Shown here: in pieces, positions 31,615 through 44,200 of the stretch | Numbering within the stretch: position 1 is the first letter of the stretch | Layout of the letters: every line of letters starts with the position of its first letter | Assembly: GCA_051362555.1 (NCBI GenBank) | Contig: CM120643.1 | Coordinates: 10,292,001-10,356,000 of the forward strand | Direction: 5' to 3' | DNA: 64,000 bases | Source of the DNA: Lingula anatina | Lineage: Eukaryota > Animalia > Brachiopoda | Program-made: the position numbers and the translations under genes | Notes under the pieces: generated by a model | What the model was told of the DNA's origin: nothing | Databases searched by the model: none | Seen by the model: only the letters and a program-made list of their open reading frames with translations

Positions 31615-32000
31615 TCGCTTGATTTGATCTTAAAGTGCAATTTTAGATAATATGTCAAATGATCTTACACGGTCTTAACCATTACAGCAATAGTCTTTAA
31701 AAGTACTGAATCTGCTTTTAAGATCAAAAATTGTATAACATCAACTTGAATGGTCAAGCAATTTCCCCCTCTCACGATGGGGGATACCTCTCCTTACAAT
31801 GGAGGATACCTCTGCTCACAACATCCAGTTTCAAGGATTAGCCCTGCTCACAATCGGAGAACATGTGAGGGGAGACAAATGCATAACAACTTTTAAGTTT
31901 TAAAATTGGAAGTGAGTCCAGTAATGGTCATACTCGTGGTTTAAGACCATGTAAGATTGTTTGTGATCTGAAAATGCAATTCAAGACCAAATCAGGCGCA
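31615..32000. mobile_element. Degenerate inverted-repeat element (old MITE)
   Basis: GCTTGATTTGATCTT...GATCTTACACGGTCTTAACC versus GGTTTAAGACCATGTAAGAT...AAGACCAAATCAGGC. Confidence 0.45.
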
Positions 32001-32059
32001 CCGTTAAATTTTAGAAATATCAAAATAAGGCACACCCACATCTCATGCTTTCACCTTTT

Positions 32060-32150
32060 GAATAAGACCGCAACGACATAAGATGCGAATGCGCGATTGG
32101 CTAATAATCCTCGCGCATGCGTCCATTAGGTTAGTGAAGCCAAAACGCAG
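32060..32150. promoter_or_regulatory. Putative bidirectional promoter of PIG-M and the UBE2Q-like gene
   Basis: CpG-rich segment with an inverted CCAAT box (GATTGG) and an NRF1-type GCGCATGCG, about 100 bp upstream of the UBE2Q ATG. The PIG-M ATG exon begins with an acceptor, which implies a non-coding exon 1 in this area. Confidence 0.55.
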
Positions 32151-32204
32151 GAGGTCCACTTCGTGTGCAAGACCAGCAGTCTGATTTTCAAAAAAGGACT
32201 CACA

Positions 32205-35200
32205 ATGGATTTTAATAGTTTCAAAGAAGACGCTGAAGCCTGGATAAGGTTAAACGATGGATATGAACTCACACAGACGGACGAAAAAGACGAACGTTTA
32301 TACTTTAAAGTAAAATCTGTAACATTCTACTTGACGTGCCCAGGAAGAGAAAAGAAAAATTGGGTAAGCATTTTTATAAAGCAGAAAATGTATTTATTTT
32401 AGTCTTCCTTCAGTTTATTTGGTTCAACGTAGGCTCCTGAAAGAGCCACGCAGCATCCATTATTCTTACAGTGCCAGTTTTGGTCACTAGTTACTTGCTA
32501 TCGGGTGTATAATATTGCTTCACATGACATAGGTAGTTGTACTTTCGTTTTCAATATTTGCATGTTAAATTCACCCTTATATGCTGCACCAGACAAGAAA
32601 CCTACCCTCTATATAAAAAAATGCTCAATCAAAACGAAGCAGATATGTGCTGAAAGAATTCTGCTATGTGATTTGGGATTAGAATCCTGTAAATGTTAAT
32701 TTTACACTACAAAGTGTATTTTTTTTATCTAGATGGAAGACTCAGAGATGTCTGGTTGTTTATGACACGTACTCAACTACATAGAGACAGACTTTAGAAC
32801 AGAAAATAAAGCTTTTTATCACAATAATTCATGTCACCAACATAATTAGTATCACAGTGGGTTTGGGGATAAGATCCACCCCTTCAATATTGTCCAAGAA
32901 TATAAACAAGCAAGATTGACTTATTAGGTACTTTCACACAGTCAGGAGGTTCCTGGTTAAGAGCTGGGACCTTCAGACAGCTAGGTCAGCTTTCTGTGTG
33001 GCCAAGTCCAGTTACAGAAAATGTATACAGCATATAAACTGTACAGAAAGCTATCTAATTTCAAGGTGGAACAGGACCCAACATGGCAATCATGTATGTA
33101 ACTATAAGAAGATAGATACTAGTTAGAAATAGCATGCTAACACCTGTCTGGCTAGTAGTCAGCTGTCTGCCCTGATACAGGCTTTAGGTAAGGTGAAGCT
33201 GACCAACTCACCTTTCAAAACAAGAACAGTCGGTTGTTATTTTATCATAAAATGTTATGAATAAGCCCATCTTTTTATAAGTATGAAATATAACATTTGT
33301 GTTAAATTTTGATTTATGTATGAAAACTGGCACTGCAACATTGTATATCTGTAATAAAGGCTATGGGTAATGATTGAATACAAATTTATATTGATACATT
33401 CCAAAGCTCTTCAAGAGGAATACAAACCGAAGGGGAGTGCTACCATAGTTGTTGAGATGATATACAAACAATGTCTAAAATTATGTATCTTAAATAATCA
33501 TCACCACTAGCTGTGTATATTATTCATCAAAACACGATTTTTAACTTCGGTTTTTGGCCATTTTATGCATGTGCACCTTTTACTACTAATACTATCAGGG
33601 CTACCTTACCAGAACAAGCCAGTGTAGCTGTAATATCATTTGATGTTGTCTTACTGCAAGGTCTCCATATATTTAACGTCACATTTACCTCTGTTGATAT
33701 GATATTGTCCTCTCTATTATAATCTTACTTTTATTTGTGCAAGTTTTGTGTTGTTCTCCCTTATTTTTATCTCTCTTCTGTCTTAAAAGTATGTCTTCGA
33801 ACTGACTAGAAAAAGCTCTTTCCAAAAGCAGCATCCAGACTTTATTTAGGAGTATGTTTGCCAACTATAGCATGCTAGAATTGTTGTGCAGCAATCTAAA
33901 TCTCTAGATAACATCCAAAAAATGCTTTTTGCATTATATACCCTGAACTCGTATACAATTTCTTTAAAGGCATATTTTTAACTTACCCTCATTTTAACTT
34001 TATCTTTATAAATATTTTATATATACATTCAGTATATGTTTTATATATTGCAAAGAGCACAAGAAACCATATGGTTCCCATGATATTATATAGTGTCTAA
34101 AGCTACATGTATATTTGCACAGTTAGAGTGCTAGTAGTTCAACAGAAGTTTTCTTTTATGGAAGTCAGTTTGCAAGAAAAGACAGCCTCAGGGAAAGTAG
34201 AACTTGTTCATATTGAGGTGCAATATATCTTGTAAAGTTGAAATGTAACTATAAATTTGAAATGTTATTTTTTTGTTAAATTTCAGTTTATATGGAGTGA
34301 TCAAGAAGATACTATTCAAATGCTGGGAGAGGTCACAGATTATCTGTCTGGATGCAAACAGCATACTGTGGAGGAAGTTTTGAATTACACAAAGAAGAAA
34401 CTGCAGCCAGTAAGTTCACTATAATTTCAATCAGCACAATTTTGGGAGTACCATGCTTGAAAACATGCGGATGCCTCAAAAAATCACTCCCGTTTTCTAA
34501 ACATTTCATAACTATTAAACAGTGTTGTTCAGGTGTTAATCTCCCTTGTAGAGATGTTATGTGCCATAATTTGAGGCTGGAAGCATTTCAAATGTAATTT
34601 GTCCCATATGCACTTTTAAATTATCAATAGCGTGTGTAATTTTATTCCTGGTGCAGTGGTTTGTGCAGTCTTGTATTATTAAAATTGTGAAAAATCATTT
34701 ATTGCCTCTTTTCAGTCGGTTGGGGGTGCAGATGATGATAATATGGAAGATGAAGACGAGTATGAAGAAGATATCGATGACAATTATTACGAAGATGATG
34801 ACATTGATGCCTGTCAAGGAGAAGCAAGTGCAGCAAACAAAGTCACATTAAGGTGCATGATGTATATTTTATTAATTAATTAATTAATTTTTTTTTTTTT
34901 GGGGGGGGGGGGTGAAGTAATTTGAGGTCTGCATTGCAATCTGTTTTTCTTTGTTAGTGAATATGTTTGAGGGGTTGAACATAGTTTCAAAAATCCATTC
35001 AAAATCCAGTCTAGCTGCCCTTGCCTAGTGTTATACTCTTTTAGCTGTCACTGAGATCATTTAATGGCTTCTAACTGTTCCCAATATTGGACCCGATTGA
35101 ACGAATTGACATTGTTGACATATGTGAAAATAGAGCAGTTTGACTTGTGATTATTGTCAGGGACCCCTAAATGTCTTAATGCAGTTTTAGAACTTCCGTA

Positions 35201-38200
35201 AGAGTGTAGGCAGAATCTTGTTCATGAAGTTTATTGTCATTGTTTGATCAAACTGGCTTCGATAAAACAATGACAATAAACTTCATGAACAAGATTCTGC
35301 ATACACTCTTACGGAAGTTCTAAAACTGCATTAAGACATTTAGGGGTCCCGGAAAAGGAGGAATGTGTCAGGGACCCCTAAATGTCTTAATGCAGTTTTA
35401 GAACTTCCGTAAGAGTGTAGGCAGAATCTTGTTCATGAAGTTTATTGTCATTGTTTTATCGAAGCCAGTTTGATCAGTCACTGCTTAGAAAGGTGTGGAG
35501 GTGGCCAAGTGACCTCTAATTTAATTAAGTTTTATTCAGACGGTCGAGGAGCGACCGGTAATTTGATTTAACCATGTTACTTGTATACCTGTATATAAGC
35601 CAGGTGGGGAACGTTATTCGAGAGAACTGATGTTAGACTTCAATGAGACACGACGATTGTAATACTTGTTACACATCAGAATTAAATATTTATTGATAGT
35701 TAGAAACTTTACACGGGACTTGAGTTCGTTCTCTCACGCGTTTACTTGCGTATATTCAAACCTCGAACTTTGGACGAATTGAACTGCAATCGTAATCGAT
35801 CGGCGGCGGCTACCATTGCGTCGAGTTAATATCAAATCGGGCCGATACCCGACATTATGCAAAATGCATTGTGAGCCAGTACTTCACTTAGTACAACCAT
35901 CACAAGTTTACAACTGCTAGTAATTTATAACTGCTCCATGAAAGTTTCAAAACCATTATCACTTTATTAGGTGCATTTTATATACTCAACTTTCATGTTA
36001 AGATATTCCATTTAAATTTGGTGATTTAAATTCTATCCAGTGATCTTTATGCTATCTTTATTTGATTTAGTGATGAAGAAGATGAATTAGACAGACAATT
36101 TATGGGCCAGGGAAATCCAGTAGCAGTACACAGGCTAGTCAAAGGTATGGGATAATGATATACAGTACATGTATCTTATCAATGGGCAAAAATTACCAGA
36201 CTTTCAGGTGCATAATTTAAAGGGATAACAACTCTTCGTATGAGATCTATATTTCACAATAAATAGAAATATAATATATTCTATATAATATAATATATTC
36301 TATTCTACCACAAAAAACAGCCGTTATAGCAATTAATCTTAAATCTGTGCATGCCATTGGGTCATGTGACCTCCATAGATGGCTATACTCTGTACTTATC
36401 TCTTAAGAGATTATTACAAAAAAAAACAAACTTTTGAGAAAAAATCAGGGACTAACTTTGAATGTAGAAATGGATTCATTAACCATTGTTAAGTATGGGA
36501 AAATTGCTGTTTACCCCAGGAAAATTCATTTTTTTTGCCAATATGAACAGTTAATAATCACAAACTTGTATCTCTATATGACACCTGTGTTTCTTTGACT
36601 ACATAGAATAGAACTAGAGAGGACCCTGCATTTGAATTTTTTGCAACCAATACCATGCAATAGCAGTGTTCCAGTTTTAAGAAATTATGACCTAAGAAAT
36701 GCAGTATATGTACAATTCAGAACTTCTCCCCTGTTGAATAGGTATAGAAATTACTGTAATACTTTCTGCCAAAATTAGAAGAAAGAAATTATCGAGTTTA
36801 TCTAAAGTTTTAATTACTTTTTATCCGAAAATGATGAAGGATAAGTTTGGTTGAAGCTAAGATCTAATAAACAGAAAGATTGGACAGCGGCATTTTCCCT
36901 TTGACCAGACGTTCGTACGGGTAAACATTGCTCTATTGTTCCCCTTAAGTTGTTTTGATAGCCGGGCTTAATTTTAATCCCCATTGTACCAAACCCGTGT
37001 TTAGCGAATAGCGTGATTTCTCGTGCATTCTCGCAGACGCCACATCGTCGTCAAGTAGATCCGCCATATTGGATAAGCAATGGCACACGTGGAGTTTTTT
37101 TATTAAAAAGTTCTAAAGATGTACAGTTTGTTTACATTTCGTAGTTGTCTTAATACTTTATATTCAGAGGAGGCAATACCCAATAGCGCACTACCTGTAA
37201 CAACAGCTGCCATTTTATAGAAATTGACTCAACGTGGAGATATAGCCGGAAACGTGACGAGATCATCAACGTAACAGATAGTGATATTCGATGCCGTTTT
37301 GGACAATAAGGTCATGCTAATCACTGGGAGAAACTGAATGGTGAAGCTACACCAAAACAGAAACTTGATCTATTATGCATGTTTGTAAAACATTGTCACT
37401 ATTAGCGGTCATTCTTTTAGAGCATAATCAATTCAAATTCACCAGAATATTCGTAGCAAATCAGTGAAACAAAAAGGACTGAAAAAAAATCCTTTAAGTA
37501 AAATAGTTTTTAATTTCACTTTCACAAACACTAATTTGGGTACCTACTTCATAATGATAGTGAAAGGTAAGACATATCTTTATACTGACAATCAAATAAA
37601 AGTAAACTCGTTTTTTCATATTTATAAAGAACACATGCAATATAGTTTCCTTGCGACTGCATAATCATGCACATATATTTAAACTGCAAAATCTGTTTTG
37701 AAACATATGTCTTTTGAACATCTTCCACAGAATGTATTGGAAGAATAATATGTGTAACAATTTTGTTTGCCATCTCACTAAAAATGACTAAATAAAAGAT
37801 GATTGCTAAAAATTATCAATATTTCATCAGATTTAGCATTTAAAACTGATCATTCATTTCTGGCTGATATAGTAACATAATACAAGTCATATTCTGTTCA
37901 TAAGCATTTTATTATTGATTTAATAAGGCACAGATATTGAAATGCAAATAAAAATGTTAACACCTTTAGATACCACTGACTGTTACACAATCACAACAGA
38001 TAGGTAATTTATTTAGGAGTACTAGTTTCACATGACAAAGAATTATAGCATTTTCCCCCTATTTTGACTTGTTTCAACATTAATATCTCATTCAATAAAA
38101 ATTATGCTCGTGATGATAATATTTATCTATTGTTAAGAGCACTACTGACTAATTCCAACCTAGACTTGACAGTAAACTAAACTTCAGAGTTTACAGAAGG

Positions 38201-41200
38201 GAGACAATTTATAGTGATATATTTGTTTTTCATGAAGAACAACATATGGCTAGTTTCAAGGTGGTCCATTTGCTGAAATATCAATGTGCCTGTCAGGTTC
38301 TTGAGTAGCACCGAATTACTTGACAGAGATACGTCGTCATCAGAACCACTTCCATTGCAACATATATCTGAAAAAAATATTATCACACAGTTAAAAAGAT
38401 GCTGACGTGTTAATTGCTCATGTTATGTTAAAGTCCACTGTATGGACAACACTGACCTAGCTTTTCGTGCACTTGTAAAACTATCGAGCAAAAATTAAAT
38501 ATTTAATTTCGGGCAGCTTACCATTTTGCTTATTTAATACATCTGTGTGTCTTTTTGATTGTTTACAATCACTTTGCAAACTTGACAGTGGTGCATCTAA
38601 ATCATCTGCAACACTTGCATTATGACATTCACCCAAAATAATAAAATAATATTTTACTGTTAAAAAGGTTCTGACATGTGCTAGTCTCTTATTATTTGTC
38701 ATTTGTATAATTCCACTCAATCCACTGTGGTGATTGCACCTGCCTTTTTGTATCCGATACTGGTAATAATGTTGTTGGTACAGTGGAAATCCGATACTTG
38801 TAATAATGTTGTCGGAACAGTGGAAATATCTTACTGAGCATGACACACAAGGGATAGATTGATAGTGCCCATGTATGTAAGACATTTTACTTTCAACTCC
38901 ATAAACTAAAAAGTTCTAGTTATAGACCAGAAAGCTTACCTTTTGATTTTGCTGCCAGATTTTGCTCTTTATTTTTTCTCCTGCGGGCCTTGACCCATTT
39001 TAATGGCATCTGAAAACAAAACAAAACAAAAAAAATAATAATAATAAGGATGTGAGGCACATTTTCACGCAATCTCCTCATTACTTAGGTATAAATCCTG
39101 GATAAAAATATCACCAGTTGTAGTCCCCGCCATCTTGTTTTATTGTCATCTTTACCGATAAATATTTCTAAGAAAAAAAACTAAATTTGAGCTAAGTTTG
39201 ACCCTACGACCTTCCACTACTTTTTTAGATGAACACAGGTTAACTGCCAATGCATAGTACAGATCTAATTTCGTGTTCGGCTGTGCATTTGAAGCCCATC
39301 GATAACAAAAGTCGCCGCCATCTTGTTTTATTGTCATCTTTACCGTTAAATATTCCTAAGAAAAAAAGCTTAAGTTTAGCTAAGTTTGACCCTACGACCT
39401 TCTACTACTTTTTTAGATGAACACAGTTTAACTGCCAATGCATAGTACAGATCTAATTTCGTGTTTGGCTGTGCATTTGAAGCCCATCGATAACAAAAGT
39501 CGCCGCCATCTTGTGTTATTGTCATTTTTACCGTTAAATATTCCTAAGAAAAAAAGCTAAATTTTAGCTAAGTTTGACCCTACGACCTTCCACTACTTTT
39601 TTAGATGGACACAGTTAAACTGGCAACGCATTGTATAGATCCACTTTCGTGTTCGGCTGTGCATTTTAACCCCGGCGATTATGATCAGCACCGCCATTTT
39701 GCTTTATTGCCCGAAGTATTGTTTAAATTTTCATAGAAAACGAAGCTACTATAAATTAAATTATCAACCAATAAAACGACAGTGTTATTCAGTCATCAGT
39801 AATATAAAAACCAACGTACATAAAGTTAAACTCCCCGTGTTAGACCTTAGGTAACAAAGCATTCAAACTCGCTTGTTTGTCGCCATATTGCTAATTTGAA
39901 TGCAACAACGGATTGAAGGCAAATTTTCACGATAATATCTGCTCCAAAATATTGCATATTTTACACACAAGTGAACCCTGTTAGTTTTCCCTTCTGCACA
40001 TACATTCTCAGAGAAACTACAAGACTAAAAGAGGTAATTTACCTACCTTGAAATCGCCCACATGCAACAGAGCTCTACCTGCGCAAGATCACAACGCGAC
40101 TGACTACTTCCGCCGTACGAACGTCTTTCCACAGTTAATCGGATTACCCTTTGAAGAATCACCGAGTGTCCAATCTTTCTGTTTATTAGATCTTAGGTTG
40201 AAGTCAGAATTTTGGTTTAATTGAGTGAATTAAGATTTTTAATATTCAGTGGTTAAAATCTTTGGATAAAGAGAGGTGTTTGAATTTTTAAGTCTCGTCT
40301 GTCACTGAGGGATGTACAGTGGTCGGAATAATTTTGTTTTCGTTGTACACCGGTGTAACAACGTTCGAAATGTTTTAATCCCTATCTTGTGAATAGAAGG
40401 GGGCGGACAAACAATGGAGGGCCGTATAAATCCCTTCAAAATTCGAACGCACAAACACAATAGCTTAGGTGGAATAACACAATACTTAATACGAGTGAAC
40501 CCCATGACGCCGGTTTCTGGGGCCCAGCGCGAGCGTGACAATCCGCTGTAACTAGGTGTAATTAACAGCAGGATACATCAGCCAGAAGGTCCCTATTGTT
40601 TGTTGCGGCGATAGGATTATAGCTTGAAGAGGCTAAACCCATGCTAAGGCGTGCCACGCGAAGCGAACTGTCCTTTCGTTCACTAGTTTGGCACGCGCAG
40701 CTGGTTTTCAGTGTTGCTAACAAACTGCTAGTTAAATTTGTTATCAGTTATTTCATCCTATATGAAATTTCCGCAGTCAAAAATTGAACTAATTATTGTT
40801 TGTTTGGTTGAAATGCATGAGCGTCAGCATCAATCTGTCTCAAAAAATTCCTATTGCATTAATTTATAAATGTATAATGTATTTATGTACTTACGTTTTA
40901 ATTTGAAATATCTGCATTCAAGCGTTCAAGTATTTATAAAACATGAATGATAATGAAAGAGGAATAAGGAAATAACATATTACTTATATTATGCTTATAT
41001 TATAATATTGAAATTAAATGAGGTGCATTGACATAGGCGCAATGACAATCCAACTACAACGTGCAACAGGGGGAAGTCTGGCTCTTTGATCATACAATAT
41101 ACGAAAGTACGGTCAATTAAAAGTGTAAATCATCAGTTAAAGAGGAGGGGGTCTTACTATAGCTCGCTATCTATTGTTAAACCCGACTGTTTTTATCTCT

Positions 41201-44200
41201 CGAACAAGCTTAAAGCATGCCTATATAATTACTGTGTCTCCGGCTGCCGTTCAGAAACACCATGTCGAACATATTTTGCTACAGTGAGAAACATGGTACA
41301 GTACTAGCGACTTGTTTTAGATCACTCAAGAAAGGATGCATACGTGCGACACCAGAGGAAAACAATCAAGTATGCATCTGATCCATTAATAGTAGCCGGC
41401 ATTTAATCCATCGAACATATTTATATTTGTTCTTTTAAAACCAGTCTAAGGTTAACGCCAAATCAAAGCAAGCCTTGCAGACTGGTTTTGTTTAAACTGT
41501 CGTGCATCAAGTAAAGCTAAGTAAAGCCTGTTTCTACTTCACAGTGTTCATCCCAGCCATAAAACTGCATGAAGGATAACAAGACTCCGTAGACATGTGC
41601 TTCAGGTTTCCAGGAGTCCCGTGTAACACAATAATATCGAAGGCCTGAGAGTAATACATATATGAGGCCGTGTATGAAAGATTTAACAAATTAGAAATTC
41701 AAGAATTTAAACATGCTAGGTTCATGCACATCACTTAATAAGTCATTTCACAAAAATTGCATCTAAGGCCACACTTTTTTAATTTTATGGATGACATCCT
41801 GCGCGCGCACGGATTTTCGCCCGTTCTCCAAAAAAAAAAAAAAAAAAAAAAAAACCCTCCCAGCCCCCAACGAAGTCGGTTGTCGCAAACGTCGTTATTG
41901 AATTTGCAAGGAAATGAGCTTTCTGCGCATGCGTATTTTCGCCACGTGGAAATGCGGCCACTTTGCTATCAAATTCATCTCTAGGATTACTTTCAAATTA
42001 CACAACAATAAAAGTCATAAAGAGAACGGGCGCCATCGTTTTGGATTGGTGTGCCATTGATATTGGGCATGGAGATATCACCTTTTTACAATTGTGCGAA
42101 AGGCTGGCGGCGGCTGAAACATTTCTGTGACATTCTGTACAAAGCAGCACATTAATACCAGGTTTTCTGTAGCGAAAAAAGGGTCGACAAGGGCGTCGAG
42201 GTATTTGGTAGGCTGAAGGTCGGACAGGCCACCTGACAGTAAGGCTGCTTTGTTCAGTTGAAGTAGACAAAATGGCATCGTCCGAAATGACCTTTAATAG
42301 ATTTGGTAGTATTAAGCATATCTTTGCATCATTTTTTAAACATTTCTGTGAAGTGTTCAAAATGCTTTAATATTCTGAGAATACAAATAAAGACACTGTT
42401 TGATTGATATTTGTTTTATTGAGTGCTATACCAACTGAATGCATGAAATAACCTTAAATAGATTTGGTAATATGAAGTATATCTATTCATGACTTTTTTA
42501 CATTTCTACGAAGTATTCACAATGCTTTAATATTTTGAGAGCATGGATAAAGACATATTGTTAGTTTGATACGTGTTTCTGTGGTTAAATTTGCGTTTCC
42601 AGCTGTGTACTGACAGCATTCCTTTACTTAAGCAGTATTTTTTTTTTTGGACTGTTTTTATTTTTTTCGCCCTCTCGCACCGATTTTGGGGTACCCAGAG
42701 GATGTCATCCATAAAAATAAAAAAGTGTGGCCTAATTGTTTAGATTAACCTTTACTTTTATCGATCTCATCCCATTGTCTTAACCACCTAAAAGAAATAT
42801 AGAGTACATGAGGAAAAGTAACACGTTTACATGCAGGCGAAGGAGTTATACTTCAATATTAATCGCGAACAATATCAACAGCGACTAAAGACCGTTGCCT
42901 GTCTTTCACACTTTTACACAAACACACGAAGGTTTAATAAAGGGAGTCGCGGCGCGATATCTATCTCTTTCATTCGAACAAGCAAAGGGCTGACCCGAAG
43001 TAAGCTTTCTATACTAATGTCCTTTTTATTGTATATTGTAATTACTCTACTTGCTCGCCTCCATTGTCTTGTAAAAGTGACAAAGAATGTGTTGTATTCA
43101 CACACGAGTTGAAAGAACTTTGCATAACTCCTTTGCCTTAAGTTGCATAATGTCTTTCTCAGGGTTATAATCAGTGTGAAGAGGGTGTCTTGCCTCATTT
43201 AAAAAGGGTGCTGTTCTTCATAGTGGTTGTTGCTTAACTTATGCTAATCTTTATCTTTTATGTACCAATATGGTTTTAATAAATCGCCAAAATTATGAAT
43301 TTCATGAACATTGTGTATCAAACGTTTTGATACGATTTAAATAAATGGACGAGGAGGATTACGGTATTAGGTTCTATTTACCTCTGGCTTTAACTTCGCC
43401 CTGCTATATAAATGAACAAATGTTGCAGATCGTAACAAAAAACTTTCTTATAGAGTTTTATGACATATATGATTTACACATTTGATAGTGAAACACTCCT
43501 CGACTTTAACGAATCACCTGACGTAAACTGTCTTCCCGCGCTCCCCGTTTCTTTTAATTTTGAAATGAATTGCTTTTAAGGCAAAGAAGTCCATTAAACC
43601 CTTTAGTCTCAATATCATTGTACAGCATGTTGTTATCGATATTTAAAAAAGTTAATTTTTGTACTCCGCTTTCATCGAGGATACCTCAAGTTAAGGTTAC
43701 AATTACGTCGCTCGCCTATGCTACTGGAATATATATTTAAGGACAAATTAAGCTTTGTAAAGTCCCTATTGTCACACACCATAGATACTTTATTTTGTCT
43801 TGAATGAAAAAATAGCCTCAAATTTCATTACTTGAACCAAGATCTGTACTATAGCTACCAAGACGTACCGGTACATGCATCAAGTTGGGTCTGCTGGGGG
43901 AGGGGGCATTTAAATGATAAACGAGGAAGTCTACCTGCAAAAGCAGCAGCAGTGGTTTAAATAATCGCTATCTAGACTCCTTTTTCTTTGACAGCAACAT
44001 AAAAAGTGTTTAGGGAGAAAGTCACACAAAGACCCGACGTTGTTTTGTCTTCAGCATTTCCTCTTCCTTGTTATCTGCAATTACTATCGTCAATTAATGA
44101 AATCGAGAAAACAATTAAGTGACGGCACATTGAATATAGTCACTAGGTGCATTTCGCTGAGTGTTTACAAGATCTAGCGACACATTTTATCGCCACGCGT

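Noticed and set aside
41998-42360. 120-aa ORF in the Harbinger-like element as a transposase
   Set aside because: No DDE or Myb/SANT features, non-ATG start, and it partly overlaps an internal duplication.
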